The notes: generated from the letters alone by a model not told the origin. DNA of 64,000 nucleotides from Podarcis erhardii (GCA_964252035.1 OZ176201.1), one strand, 5' to 3'; positions 23,852 through 37,791 are shown, numbered from the stretch's first letter. Made by a program: numbers and translations.

Positions 23852-25179
23852 GAATAGAATGTCACTCTATTCATCAGAGAAAAGTCAGAAGGTTAATATA
23901 TTATTATTCCATGTGCTATAGACACTGGCAGCAGAGCACGGGGGGGCAGGGGGGGGGAGGACTGACTTCTGGGCTCTGGCTTATGCAAAGTGCCTCTAAA
24001 CAGTAATCTGACCTTTTTCATGATACAGTTTCCTTGTTCTGAAACTTGCGTCACCAGCTTTCCTTCTTGTTTTTATGTAGCAGCATTTCACTTAAGCAAG
24101 TGGGTGGTGTATCTTCTTCCTTTCAGCTACCTGAACTGCAGCAATGAATAAAACTGAGTCTGCGCTCCAATGGAGTTGCACGTTTTTAAGGTGGCCTAGG
24201 TCTCTTTATCATTTTCCTTGCTCCGGAGGTTGTTGTTATTATTTCCATTGTGCGGAAGGGAAAATTAGGCTAACTGCTTCAAGGCTATTACTCATCAGGT
24301 ATCTGAACCCAGCTGTAGGGTTCACCTGCTGACCACACTGGTGCTCTTCAAGTCTACTCCTTGAACAGATCATTTTTACATGAATACTTTCAGAGTGTTT
24401 CCAGGCATGTGATGTTTGTTTAACAATATGAAAGAGGGAGGGATTGTACCTACTAGCAAAATACAAGGGGGAAAAATCAGTTTGTTTGTCATGCCAGAGA
24501 CCAGGGCTATGAATTCCCATATGCGTGCTGCAGCAGGTAACATTCAGTTTCTCTTCTTACAAGTAATTATTTTATTGTTTCTGTAAATACAGTGAATGTG
24601 GCATTAAAGCTGTTTGAATTTGTGTCACAGTGTTAAATACTTACCCTTTGCAATGAAACGTTTCTCGGGAATCTGGAAAGGCTGTACTTTCTCTATATTT
24701 CCTGAAGACATTTACACAGCGTGCCATTAGAAAGAGGAAGCTTAAAAGACAGCCTAGGCTGTGATTTTTGCAAAATGAATCCATGTAATTTGCAAATAGA
24801 TAAATAGGATAGGCATACATGAATGGCAAATGCAAAAGAGGCAGCCATTTTAGTCTGGGTGTTTGTTTGTTTTTAAAAAAAGTTAATGTGGCACTTTAAA
24901 GATGAACACATTTATTGTGGCATTTAGTTATTGCATCAGACCTATGCTACAGAAACATATGCACCTTATATTGTTGAGAAACTGAGTTTTCCTTTTCAGG
25001 TTGTAGGGTGAATTGGCTGTTGTGTGAACAAACAGTTTAAATTAGATTAGTAAAAAATAGCACTAAGCGCTTAGTTTGTATCCAGTGCTGTTTAACTTTT
25101 CTCAGCTGTTGAGCAGAAGTACAACATATACACACCTCTCAGAAAGTATATTTTGAATGCTTACCGGTTTTAGATATAG

Positions 25180-26047
25180 TTGTGAACTATCGGACACGCA
25201 AAACCTGCTTGCTGCTGTATCTACTGGTGTCGTGGGAAAGCGTACTCTCCTTCATAGAGAGCACGTGTTGCAGTGGGGACTGACAGGCCACCCCTCTGTT
25301 GCTGGGAGGGTTAGTATGGATGACCATCCACAGTGATTGGGCGGTTGGGTTACTGGGCAAATTTTGGTGTTGCCATTTAGGGGGACGGACCAAAGGTTAT
25401 AAAATCAAGTCACGCAGCACTGACTGGGCTCTTTTGCTGTGTGCATTGGATCACCCGCCCACCCTCCCTAATCTAGGGCTATTGCGTTGACCTTGCTATG
25501 CCTGTCATGGGGTCGTCTGCTTTTGAAGCAGGCACCTTGTAGGAATTTTGTCCATTTGGCTGATTGGCTGGTGCCATTTGGTTTTTGCCTACTGCGTAGC
25601 AAATCATCACAACTTGTAAGGTTGCGGTTAGGCATTGGTTAAAAAATTAGTTGGTGGAGGGGTAAGGATTGGTGGTGCCTGCCCCTCCAATGCTGCTACG
25701 GAAAGGGATTTCTGTTAAGGAATCCAGGGGCTTGTCATTCTTTTGTCCATACCCCTGAATGGGGCTTAGGGCCGTGCAAGCCCCCGGGAACATGCGGGGG
25801 GGGAGGGTCTGGTGCCCTGCTCCATGCTCTCCCCAATATTGTTTTCCCTTACTGGCTTTCGCTGGAATTCGGAAATCAGTTCTGTCCCTGGGCATGGGGA
25901 CAGATAGTCACAACCAATGCCTAAGCAGCCACTCACATTTATGTTTTTTAATAAAGTTGTGGCCAAAATTATGCCAAAAACCTCAAACAAAAATTATGTG
26001 TGAATTGTGAATTTTTTAGGGGTGGCTTGGGCGACCTCGACACGCAA
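25180..26047 (+). mobile_element. LTR-like / unclassified retroelement remnant (left boundary uncertain)
   Basis: 3' block ccaatgcctaagc..cacattt..ttaataaagttgtggccaa..cacgcaa shared with 38351-39167. Confidence 0.5.
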
Positions 26048-28755
26048 ATTGTGGAGAGTATTTCCACCTGTTTTGCACAATGCTGTGCATGGGTTTAAAC
26101 ACTCTTTATTCAACATCTCCCTCTCTTCTTGACTTTTCTCATGTCATGTTCTAAATGTCCTTGTTTGTCTGGTGACCAACACAGTAATTTCTTGTCAATA
26201 TTCATAAAGTGTATACAAGTCAATAGAAAGAGAGGCATTTATTAGTTGTAAATTCTAGAACGGTAGCTCTTTTAGCCAAATGAAAAAACAACAACAGACA
26301 AACAAAAATGGTCCTGTGCCAAATTGATTGTGGTGTTTAAGCAATTGCATCAGGCCTACATGATAGAAATAAACACACACAAAATTTTACAGTGCTCTTA
26401 TTTTGTCCCACTGTGAATTTTGACATCAGAAAATCAACACTAGGACCTCTACTAGGCTGGCCTGTACTGGTTGTTTGATTATATTTTTACTTCAAACATC
26501 TGATGGTTTCTCTAGTTGCTACAAGGCACCATGCATTAAATCATCTTGACTTTCATGGTGCCTATAATGAAGAAACTATTCAGTTCCTTTCACACCTAGG
26601 CAACACTTCAGCTTCATTCTGCTGTTTTTTGCTCTCGATGAAAACCAGACTGATTTTTCTGCAGTTGCATGAATCTCAACTAGTTCTTTTCAAAGCTAAG
26701 CTTTCTGATTGGCTATCCATTTATTCCATGATAAGTTGTTTCACAGATCAAAGTATGAAAACAGTATTCTGCCTGTTTGTTTTAGACTTTAGGTTAATGT
26801 GAGAGGGTCCTCCATATTTTTTGTGTGTTAGAGGAAAGGGTACGAGGCAGCTGTTCTCTATTCATTCCTCCCCTCCAGACAGTTCATGAATAAATGTTCT
26901 TTTCAATGCAATATTTGGACTGTCTCTCATTTTATTTATGTGGGAGCAAAAGGGTGGCACAGTTTCCATAGCAATAATCCAAAATCGAATTGGAACCTTT
27001 TGAGCAACTTGTGGAATGCGGTTGTACAGGTGTTGCAACAGCTCTAAGTATTTTAATTACTATGAAAAATAGCAGTGCCAGAGCAGCTGCCGGTGATTTA
27101 TAGAGTCTCTCCTGATGGGACAATGCTCTTTCTGTAAGGGTGGCAATTCTTAATGGGACGCAAAGTGTTTGGTAAAATAATTTATAATGAATGACTGCTT
27201 TTGGACTTGGTTTTAAGTCAAGCCAGAATACCTAATAGCTGGAGTTATGGATGAGGACAATGGACTCCAACCAATGTTTATGAAAGCTGAATTGTAGGGT
27301 CCAGTACTACAGAGTGGCAAAAACAGCCCCACAGCTTGCCCTAAATGGGGACTTTGGGGACTGAGCCTCTGCATTATAGCCAATTGCAGGTGGGATATAG
27401 TCAGACCTCTCTGGCATGCAAGACCCCCTCAAACATCAATAGCAGACCATAGCATATCACTAGAGTACATAATGTGCCATGGCCTGAACTCTTTGTACTG
27501 AGAGATGAGTAATCTTTACATGGGAGGGGGAGGAACCTGTGGCCCTTCATATTTTGCTCAACTACAACTCCCTACTACAACTTATGCTGGCCGAGGTTAT
27601 ACACCAAACCTTAGTTTTGCAGTACAGTACATCCAGGTCAGGTCAAAGGCAAAGGACAAATAATAAAGTTAAATTAACTAACATCTTATTAGGTTTTGAA
27701 TAAACCATTGGTCTAGTCATCAAAGAAAGATACTTTCAACTTGTAACAAGTCTCATTGAGACAATTAAGGCTTTTTGCCTTCTTTTACAGCTGGCTTATT
27801 GGTTTTTCCATGTCTCTAGAGCAAGCATCCCCTGCCCACCCCTTTTGTGGGCAATACAGCTCCATCCTTGCCCAGGAATCTTTGCTCTTTCCTTTGACTC
27901 ATTCTGCCATTAAGAAAAAGTACCAGTGAGCTAGACAATGGCCATTTTTTTCTTTTTTATTGAATGGGAAGTGTACTTGGAAGTTAGTGCAGAATTCATA
28001 AACAGTTCAGGGTGTGTGATTGGAAGAGTGCCCTCATAATAGATTTTGATGGGTAAGAACAAAGAGATCCGAGTTCCTGGTTTGAAAAACACCCAAAGTT
28101 TCAGTGGCTGTCATTGGGACATAATGGGTCATAATAACGTCAACCTGTTGCTCACTTGTTGACACTTGTGCTGATGCACTTTGCAGGTTGGCTTGCAAAG
28201 AAGCATAGAGATGTCTGTTCCCTTAAGGAATGTTTGCTAACAATGAGTTGCAAGATAACTTCATCCATTTAGTATTTGTTGGAAGCAAAGATCCCCCCTT
28301 TTCTGTTTTCCTCAGGATGCTTTGTGACGTCACTGCCTGCAGCTTGTTTTTCACTTCTTATAACATTGCTGGCCCTTTTCCAAATTGTTTTCTCTTATCT
28401 GTGCTTCCTGCACAGAGTGCAAACTCCAATAAACACGACAGTTGTCTTCTGAAGCAGAGAGATTCAAGTGCTACAAGAGCTCCTTGTGTTCTCTACTTAG
28501 TCCTTCCATGGCGATAGACCACTTGATACTCTTGACGTACTCTGTTTCTGAAGAACATAGCCTTTTCAAATCTGCCAGTGGTATCTGATCCAGGTTGCCA
28601 AACAGAACCTACAAGCCATGTTTTAATATGGTTTCTATAAAACTAAATAAAATATTCAGTCATTCTAGAGGTGATCCTTCACTTTGAGGACATAGAAAGG
28701 GGAGCTATGCCTTCTCACTGTTATTATGTAAATTCAGCAGTCAATTTCTCCCACC

Positions 28756-29107
28756 TAAAGGTAAAGGGCCTCCTGACTGTTACGTCCAGTCACCGACGAC
28801 TCTGTGGTTGCGGCGCTCATCTCACTTTATTGGCCGAGGTAGCCGGTGTACAGCTTCTGGGTCATGTGGCCAGCATGACTAAGCTGCTTCTGGCAAAGCA
28901 GAGCAGTGCATGGAAGCGTCGTTTACCTTCCCGCCAGAGCGGTACCTATTTATCTACTTGCACTTTGATGGGCTTTCAAACTGCTAGGTGGGCAGGAGCA
29001 GGGACCGAGCAACGGGAGCTCACCCCGTCACGGGGATTCGAACCGCTGACCTTCTGGTTGGCAAGCCCTAGGCTCTGTGGTTTAACCCACAGCACCACCC
29101 ACATCCC
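28756..29107 (-). mobile_element. Sauria SINE
   Basis: Full-length homolog of the other copies. Confidence 0.95.
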
Positions 29108-29461
29108 CTTTTCCTACCTAGTGAGATCTTAATTAATGATATAAGTATATATGTAGGTAAGACTCCCGAACGTTTCTGATGAAGTCTTTGCATCAGCACT
29201 AGCTAGGACTGCACATTTAAGCATGAGGCAGAAGCAGCAAAGAGACTAAGTTCATAATTTGGGGTGGCTCTGATTACTTTCATGAACTGAGCCACAGACA
29301 GCTTCCGTTTATTGCCTACATGTGATCAATTGTAGTAGAAATGAGGCTGGGAACATCAAGGACTTCTAGGGCCAGGATATAGGGGCCCTTCAAACAAAGT
29401 AATCCCAGTGTGCCCTGCTAACTTAAAATAAGAGAGGTTTTTCATCACACTATTGTGACCT

Positions 29462-29655
29462 ATCATAGAATTGTAGAGTTGGAAGGGTCATCTAATCCAA
29501 CCCCCTGCAATGCAGGAATCTCAACTCCAGCACCCATGACAGATGCCCAGCCAACCTCTGCTTAGAAACCTCCAGGGCAGGAGAGCCCACAACCTCCCGG
29601 GGGAGGCCGTTCCACTGTCGAACAGCTCTCCCTGTCAGAAAGTTTTTCCTGAACC
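29462..29655 (-). mobile_element. CR1 3' fragment
   Basis: RKNFLTGRAVRQWNGLPREVVGSPALEVSKQRLAGHL plus ccttccaactctacaattctatgat tail. Confidence 0.9.
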
Positions 29656-30718
29656 TCCTTGAGTTCTCCATTCCGAGTAAGAGCAGTGGTGGGTTCTTGG
29701 GGGAGTAGGCCCTTTGCTGGTTTTGGGGTCCCAGCAAATTCTTAATCTCTGCTACCAGGAGCATCATAGCCTAGAGAAGACAAGGTTTGGAGCCAGAGAT
29801 AATCCCTGCACTCAGGGGCAGCCAGGGGAAGATCCCATGGAAGCTGGCTACATGTATGAAAAGCCTCAATATTTATTTATTTTTACTTCGCTGTTTAATA
29901 CCTGAGTTAGGCTGCTGAACTGGACACCTGACTATGTGTGGAATGACCATTTTATAACTAAGTGTCTAGTCCATTCAAACTGGGTGAATGACATGATAAT
30001 CTTGATAGGACATTGGATGTGTTGGATTGTTATAGGCCCAGTCTTTCTTAAAAAAAAAAAACGAAACAAAACAGGAAGACCATTTCAAGACAGGCTAGAG
30101 ATTCTTCCATTCACATACAGCACATGAAGAGTTTTCAAAAAATATTCTTAAAGGTATACTCCTGGCATAAATTCATCTCACTTTGGTGGGACTGTGTTCC
30201 AGCAAAACACTTTAAAACTGCTAATCTGTAATAAATTGTATAGACTGTAAAACATTAGGCTGTAACACATTAACTTCTCAGAGATGAACTGTATCTATAA
30301 GGAAGGCCAAGAAACTTTTTGTTTCCCAAAACATTCTTCAGGAGTTGCTTAATGGCAATAAAACCACTTCAAGGCCGGTTTAGACTGATTTTTCTTGAGC
30401 CTGTTATTTCTAATGCTTTATTTAGATATCCCAGTTAAAGTCCTTTGTGATAAGATCTGCTCACTCATTTCATCATGTTTGCCTTGGAGGAATAAAGAGA
30501 GTCTCTGACTGACATAACAACACTATAAAGCAAACCTATTCCAATCCAAAATTAATTAGGGGTGGAGCAGCTGACTTGGTCCCCTCCTATTTGCTCACTA
30601 CAAAGCCAACAATTATATACCACAGGGCTCAGCAAAGAGATTGTTTTTTTTTTTTTAAGAAATAAGTTGGCATTATTAATTATTACATGGGTATCTTGCT
30701 TTTCTCTCTCTTCAGGCA

Positions 30719-30893
30719 GCTCAAGGCTGTGTACATATACAATTTTTACATTTCCACATACCCTCACAATAACCTTTGCTTGAGGAAGGTTAGGCTGAGA
30801 GAAATATTGAAAGGATCAAGGTCACTCAGTGCAGGGATTTGAACCCAGGTCTTGTCTTCCTGGCCAAGAGCCAACTGCCACATCTCATTGGCT
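30719..30893 (-). mobile_element. Squam3-like tRNA SINE, degraded
   Basis: ctcaagg..ccctcacaataacc..gaggaaggttaggctgagag..aaggtcac..gggatttgaacccaggtc. Confidence 0.6.
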
Positions 30894-30971
30894 GCGGTGC
30901 CAGGCAAGAATTCCATAATATTGATGGAGCACAATCCTATCTGTGTCTGCTTGTTCAGAATTATGTCCCAT

Positions 30972-30972
<1 letters not shown>

Positions 30973-31018
<46 letters not shown>

Positions 31019-31548
31019 TTATTATTTATGCCCCACCCACTCTGGGCGGCTTCCAACAAAATATTAAAATGCAATAGTCTGTTAAACATTAAAAGCTTCC
31101 CTAAACAGGGCTGCCTTCAGATGTCTTCTAAAAGTCTGGTAGTTGTTTATTTCTTCAACATCTGATGGGAGGGCGTTCCACAGGGCAGGTGCCACTACCG
31201 AGAAGGCCCTCTGCCTGGTTCCCTGTAACTTGGCTTCTCGCAGTGAGGGAACCGCCAGAAGGCCCTCAGAGCTGGATCTCAGTTTCTGGGCAGAACAATG
31301 GGGGTGGAGACGCTCCTTCAGGTATACTGGGCCGAGGCCATTTAGGACTTTAAAGGTCAGCACCAACACTTTGAATTGTGCCCAGAAATGTACTGGGAGC
31401 CACTGTAGGTCTTTCAAGACCGGTGTTATGTGGTCTCAGCGGCCGCTCCGAGTCACCAGTCTAGCTGCTGCATTCTGGATTAGTTGTAGTTTCTGGGTCA
31501 CCTTCAAAGTAGCCCCACATAGAGCGCATTGCAGTAGTTCAAGCGAGA
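30973..31548 (-). mobile_element. L2 3' fragment with (GTT)n/(ATT)n tail
   Basis: ORF 31082-31417: LQWLPVHFWAQFKVLVLTFKVLNGLGPVYLKERL..WNALP..FRRHLKAALF. Confidence 0.92.
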
Positions 31549-31769
31549 GATATGTAAACATGTATAGGATTGCAGTCAAAGTGTGACCATTCCCATGAAA
31601 TGAATCATAGTCTCAATCCAATGCTGCCCTCTGTATATATTTGTAAACATACAGAACATGATATTATAAAGGTGATATTGGCAGGCTTTAGAAACTACTA
31701 TGCCGCTCACATGCCTCTGCAGAAAAAGCAGAGAAATGTTTCTAGAATGGAAAGTGAAGGTAGTTATCA

Positions 31770-32330
31770 CAGCAGTCCCTTGGTTCTCAAACTTAATCCA
31801 TTCCAGAAGTCCATTCCAAAACCAAAGCATTCCAAAACCAAGGCGTGCTTTCCCTTAGAAAGTAATGCAAAATGGATTGATCCATTCCAAATTTTTAAAA
31901 ACAACCTGTAAAACAGCAATTAAACATGGGTTTTACTATCTAACGAGATCATTGATCCATAAAATGAAAGCAGTAAACAATGTACTGCAGTCACACAATC
32001 AGTCAATCAGTAGCTGAACTGGGTTCCACACAGTCACAAGAAAAAGAGAGCTGCAAAAACAAAAACGCAAAATAAATAGCAAAAACAGTCAGACCTCAGC
32101 ATAACACTCCAAACAGAAGCGTGGCACTCAAATAGGAAGCGTAACACTCAAAACAGAAGTGTGGCACTCGAAACAGAAGTGTGACACTCAAATCGGAAGA
32201 GTAACCTCAAAACAGAGCACATTCGACTTCCGCAAAAGGTTCGCAAACCGGGACATTTGCTTCTGGGTTTTCAGTCTTTGGGATCCAAGTTGTTTGAGTA
32301 CCAAGGCATTTGAGAACTAAGGTACCACTG
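31770..32330. mobile_element. Tigger/pogo-type MITE family E with internal ~20-bp tandem array
   Basis: cagcagtcccttggttctcaaa / ttgagaactaaggtaccactg; about six cactcaaaacagaagcgtgg-like units at ~32104-32218. Confidence 0.8.
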
Positions 32331-32979
32331 TACTGAACACCGTCATGTATTCAAGAAATGTCACCTACAAAACTCCAGCATATCACCTGTAGTTCCACAC
32401 AGAACTGCTAAGCATAGACATAACAAGGCTGACATCACTCTCTATGGAAAATGTTACGAATACTCAGCACATTAAACAAGAATAAAAGCGAACAGAACCT
32501 GATCTGTAACCATGGAACTTCGAGAGCATTTGGCTTGCACATTTGCAAATGAAGAATGAAAACAGTTTAGCATTTTGAACAAACCTTCAGCTGCACAGTG
32601 TTTGATGGTAAAAAAAGAAAGAAAAGTTTTATGACCTTTCAGACTGTGAAATGCATGTGTATACTTAAGGCTCCAGGCTCCACTATGCGAATTAATGTAA
32701 AATGATTTATTTTGCCATTGGGGGTTAAGAGATGAAACTTCGAAGCAAATTCTTAGTTTAATATCATGCAGAGCAATTCCTTAAGATCTCAGTTTAGCGA
32801 CTGTGGACATGGTACAGTATCGTTTGACCAATCCTAGCAGTACCATTGAGAAAAAGATTTGCTGTTCTTTCCTTCTCTTACCTTTGAGGCTGAGTGAAAT
32901 GCTAAGTAGCTGGATCCCAGCATCTGACAAAGGAATATGTGCACATACCTGTGTATATTTTGCAGGTGAAACCAACATA

Positions 32980-33194
32980 CAGTAGTACTTCGGGTTAAGT
33001 ACCTAATTCGTTCCGGAGGTCTGTTCTTAACCTGAAACTGTTCTTAACATGAAGCACCACTTTAGCTAATGGGGCCTCTGATGGCCGCTGCACAATTTCT
33101 GTTCTCATCCTGAAGCAAAGTTCTTAACCCGAGGTACTATTTCTGGGTTAGCGGAGTCTGTAACCTGAAGCATATGTAACCCGAGGTACCACTG
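32980..33194. mobile_element. Tigger/pogo-type MITE family A
   Basis: TA-flanked cagtagtacttcggg / ccgaggtaccactg. Confidence 0.9.
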
Positions 33195-33747
33195 TACTGT
33201 AATAGAATCTAGCTAAAACTTATGAGAACACTTACTCTGAAAATTGTGTTGCCAAGAAATGCAGGAACTTTTTTGGCAGAAATATATTAATCAGACCTCA
33301 TTGAGAATGTGTTCAGAAATATTAAAATGACAGATGGATGAAGAGTCAGATAAGGACAAGCGGTTTCAGCATTAGTTCAGGACAAGTAATTGAGATTTTC
33401 TTCATTGTGAATGCTTCTCCTTAAATTTTGCACTTCTTTCCTGCCTGGGAAAGCTGAGCTCTATGGCTTGGAAGAAAGTGCATTGCGTGTGCCTCCCTGA
33501 AAAGAGAGAAGTGGAACACTGCATCCATTGTGACAGCTTTGGGAAAGGACAGCAGCAGCAAGACATTCAGGAAGAGATGTCAGAAAGACAGAATGGATAG
33601 GATGGGAAGCCGTAAGTCATTAGAATACAGATGGGGTGGGATGGAAACATTCATGCTGAGATGTTCCAGCAATTTGTCTGAATGGGATGACCCAACTGGA
33701 AACTGTACAAGGGGAATAGACAAATACACCCTCCCACCCATGCCATT

Positions 33748-33791
33748 GTGTTACTCAAATACGGATAAGTGTTACTCAAATACGGATAAGT
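33748..33791. repeat. 21-bp tandem duplication
   Basis: gtgttactcaaatacggataa x2. Confidence 0.9.
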
Positions 33792-34716
33792 AAATAAGTA
33801 AAATGTAGTTCTAACACCATGAGTAGTATAGTAAAATAATCCTTGTGGGTTTTGTTTTGTTTTTGTTTTTGTTTTTCTGAGCAACTGTAAAATTGCCCAG
33901 GAAATTTTTGATTGAACAAATGCTTTGAATAAATAAATATACTGCAAGCATATTATGCAAGCAGTTTACTGTTAGCAGTGTGTTATGCATACTGTTTCTA
34001 TAGTTTATGCTTTGCCTTAAAACTTTCAATTTCCATTAGCCCTCCTCCCAAACAAAACTGCTGTGACTGAGATATCCACTGCCTTCCTCTCTTCCTAAGC
34101 CATGATTACCTAGCTCAGAAAGAGTCGGCTGGGCACTCCATGTGACACATTCCATTTCTTCAGCCCGCTTTGCCCAATCCCTGATGGGAAGGACCTGTAA
34201 GGCGCCATTTCTCTCTTGCAGTGTTTTCTCTCTCTTCCAGGGTGACCTCTTTCATGAGTTGGGAGGGTGACACGCACCCACCAGGTGAAAGTGGCACCCT
34301 GGGAAATGCTTTTGGTCCAGGCAACCCTGCCTCCTCTGTGATTTTCCTTGGCAGAGGGTGCTTGGCAGTTTGAAAGGAAGATAAAAGAATTTCTCTCCAG
34401 ACAGGTAGTTGTGATATTGGAGATCAGTGCAGAAACTAGTGCATCATTACAAAATTTTCTCTGGCAGTGGGATGCCCATGGGCTGCATAAGAAGTAGTAG
34501 TATCTTGGGCACTGCTTTGACATTTGCTGGCACCTCTCTTCCCTGGGTCTGGAAGTAGTGTGGCTGTTCCAAAAGCTGGTTGCAAGCTTGCCCCGTGAAA
34601 ATGAAACCTGCATCTTCTGCTTGGCTTGCAGGGCAGAGAGCAAAACAGAGTGTAAGGCCATGCACTGAAAATGGCACCAGTGAATGTGTGCAGTGCATCT
34701 CTGTTCTGAATGTTTA

Positions 34717-35074
34717 AAGGTAAAGGTAAAGGGACCCCTGACCATTAGGTCCAGTCGTGGCCAACTCTGGGGTTGCGGTGCTCATCTCACTTTATTGGCC
34801 GAGGGAGCCGGTGTACAGCTTCTGGGTCATGTGGCCAGCATGACTAAGCCGCTTCTGGCGAACCAGAGCAGTGCACAGAAATGCTGTTTACCTTCCCGCT
34901 GGAGCAGTACCTATTTATCTACTTGCACTTTGACATGCTTTCGAACTGCTAGGTAGGCAGGAGCTGGGACTGAGCAATGGGAGCTCACCCCGTCACGGGG
35001 ATTTGAGCTGCCAGCCTTCTCATCGGCAAGTCCTAGGCTCTGTGGTTTAACCCACAGCGCCACCCGTGTCCCTT
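34717..35074 (-). mobile_element. Sauria SINE with TSD
   Basis: Full length; flanking direct repeat tgaatgttta at 34707-34716 and 35075-35084. Confidence 0.95.
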
Positions 35075-35111
35075 TGAATGTTTAGGCTGGTTGAAATTCA
35101 ATAGGTTATGG

Positions 35112-35604
35112 CAAAGGTATTCAACCTATTTGGGTCCATGGTTCCCTTAACCAACTGCATTCTTTCTGCTGACCCCTGTGAGGCTCAGGAACGCAGTTAT
35201 GTCTCCTCTTGCCTGCAGACCCAGCAGCCCCTCAACCCTTTTCAAACACTCTCCCTTGTTGAGTGTTCCCTTGGCCTCCTCTCCAATCCCCTCTCCTTGG
35301 GGGGTCCTCTGGGCAGCTGCAGCTGCTGTCCCTGGTCTCTGAGCTGCCCCCTGTCTCCTCACAGCCCTGCAGGGGTCTGGGAAGCACCCCCTAGCCAGCC
35401 CCAGATGCATCAGTGACCTGGGGAGCTTGTAGCCAGGGCTGCTGCAACAAACAGCTGTGCAAGCCTTTGGGAGGCAGAGACCTGAGAGAGCACCAAAGGA
35501 AGGAAGGGGATGGAAGAGGGGCAGAGGCCAGTGTTGCCTGTGGCACCCCTGACCATCATTCAAGGCACCCCAGGGTGCGACACCGCACTGGTTGAAAACC
35601 AGTG
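35112..35604. mobile_element. hAT MITE
   Basis: Degenerate TIR caaaggtattcaac / gttgaaaaccagtg; TSD ggttatgg/ggctatgg (7/8). Confidence 0.7.
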
Positions 35605-37033
35605 GGCTATGGGGATGTCATTGGACCAGACCCATGATCTATTTGTAATAAGTCTCATTTGGTAGGACAGCTGTGCCTTGCAAGGGAAGAGGGGGAAGTG
35701 TTGGTGTAGCAAAAAAATATAATTGGGTTTGCATTGAGACTAGACGGTTGTAGAGTCTGGGGTTGTGCCAAATTTTCATGGCTGTTTTTGGTGGAGGAAG
35801 GGGAGTCTGCCTCCTCGTATGTTCTCTGAAAGCCTCCTTTTTCAATCAACAAACTTGGCATTCTCCTGTTCATTGCTGTTCAATGCCACTTTGGCTCACC
35901 TCGCCCCTGAAATCTTCTTGCTATGTGATCCAACCAATCAGGGGTCAAGGCATCATAATCATGATGTCACAGCTGCACATGGCTGCTCGGTTTTGACTAA
36001 GGCGTCACAGGGACAAATCGGAGGGAAAGCACTGCTTCCTGCCTTTGCTCTGAATGGGAATACATTTCTTTTTATCAGTTTCAATCCCTCTACCCCCTTT
36101 CAAATGATCACTGAAATTTGACACATATATTTGTGTGAGTTTTTGCACTGGGAAAATTCCAGAGAGAGAGAGAGGGAGAAAGAGAGGAGAGAGAGATGCA
36201 TGCTGGATTCAGCTCGGCCCTGGTCCAGTCCTATTTCATCTTTTGTGGTGTAAGAAGAGTCTTGGAGACTAGTTCTAGGGCAGTTTTAATCAGAAGCAGT
36301 AGAAACATTGAAACTTTCCTTTGGGAGAGTCACATGTTCAAGCAGAGCCTGACACAAAACAAACACAGATTATTTTAATTGTCTGCCTCCTAAAAGGCTG
36401 GCATGTTGTATATTTTTAGAGAGCCAAATTTATTTATTTATTTATTTCAAACACTTGTCTGTCTCATCCTCTGTTATGCTGATGCTTGAAGTGTTGCCCA
36501 AAATACATAACTACAAAATCAATTAAAACTCAATCCATGTTTCGTTTTGTTTTTAAGGGGGGGAAGCATAAAGCATACACATTTTTTTAAAATAAACAAC
36601 AACAACAAACCAAAACAAAACCTGAAGCAAAAAACAAACAAACAAACAAAAACCAGCAAAAGTTAAAACATACGAAATCAACCAGAACATCAGAACCAAA
36701 TTTAGGGAGAAGATCCCATTTTCAGGAAAACAGTTAGGAGGATTTAGCAAAGCCACAACAATGATTCAGAGTTGAACTGACCTTTTTACATGCAACTTTC
36801 TCTGTCTGTCTGTCTCTCTGTCTCTCTCAGTTTTGTTTTGCTTTCTTGGAAGTATCTAACACTTTAATGCGGAAGCACAAGTCTGAATGGCTGCCAGGGT
36901 TATTGTGAAGAGCCTGTTTGTCCTAAATGCTCAATGAGCTGTGGGAGCCAAGGTTGCTTAGCACCCCATAGAATCAAGACCTCAAAAATAAAAAGGCTAG
37001 CTTGAGCTGTAGCTTTCTGGGGTGTGGTGTGGA

Positions 37034-37161
37034 CATAAATAAGAAAATTAAGGAGAGCGCAGTTTTGTTCCACTTCAGTAATTGCCGTGGCTCCTTAGCT
37101 AGCGAGCTCTAGCTGGTACTTGGTGGATGCAGCAGCCCTCTTGGCCAACAAACTGGTGAGT
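37034..37161 (+). promoter_or_regulatory. Candidate KCNJ16 core promoter and non-coding first exon
   Basis: CATAAATA (37034-37041), Inr-like CGCAGT (A at 37061) or TTCAGT (A at 37077), strong donor CTG|GTGAGT at 37156-37161. Confidence 0.4.
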
Positions 37162-37791
37162 GTATTGGGGACCCCCAGAACTGAGATACAAGAGGCTTCA
37201 TTGAAACGGCAGGCTTCGTAGCTGGGCGGAATTAAGGTTTTAGACACCTTTGTGAATTTTGCATTGATGAGATTGGGGAAAACTGCCCATATGGATTAAC
37301 TTTTCCCGCAATAACCAAAAGCCAATGGAGAATAAAATTGGGATCGAGTATGTTTTGTGTGATGTCATTTTCTTCAGGTTTGTAATTCTTGCAGCACCTA
37401 GGCTCGGTTTCAAAACTGCAGGCAAGAGAGCTACCATGTGTGCAGATGTTTGTTTTGCACGTGATAAGAGAGTGCGAGGACAGATAAAGAGGGGCTTGGA
37501 ATCACATGCTGCTCCTAAACCATTCAAGGGATTGCTCCTGTGTGGAGAGAAAGGTTTCAATGTCAAGTCAGGACTGCTCTCACTAGTCTCCAACTGCAGG
37601 TGCTCCAAAGAGGAGAAAATTGCATTGGTAACAACATGGTCCATAGAAGCACAACATGGCAAGGTTCTTGGGGGATCACAGGCTGGTAGACTGGGAGAAG
37701 GAAGAGGAAATGGGGAATGGAAATTTTGGAGAAGAGCTGCAGTGGTACCATTGTGGAAGGACGGAGGAGAAGCGTGACATTTCACAGACTT

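Noticed and set aside
28671-29132. Recurrent ORFs reading KVKGPLT..CGAHLTLLAEG..
   Set aside because: Translations of Sauria SINE copies, not a gene family.
32104-32218. Regularly spaced ~20-bp repeats (and the 8-9-bp repeats at ~14196-14300) as a CRISPR-like array
   Set aside because: No unique spacers, no cas genes, eukaryotic context; they are internal tandem repeats of MITEs.
34110-34745. 211-aa minus-strand ORF
   Set aside because: Starts inside a Sauria SINE, has no recognisable domain and no splice context.
37240-37785. Overlapping 181-aa (-) and 150-aa (+) ORFs
   Set aside because: No recognisable motifs, weak starts, and composition typical of intronic DNA.
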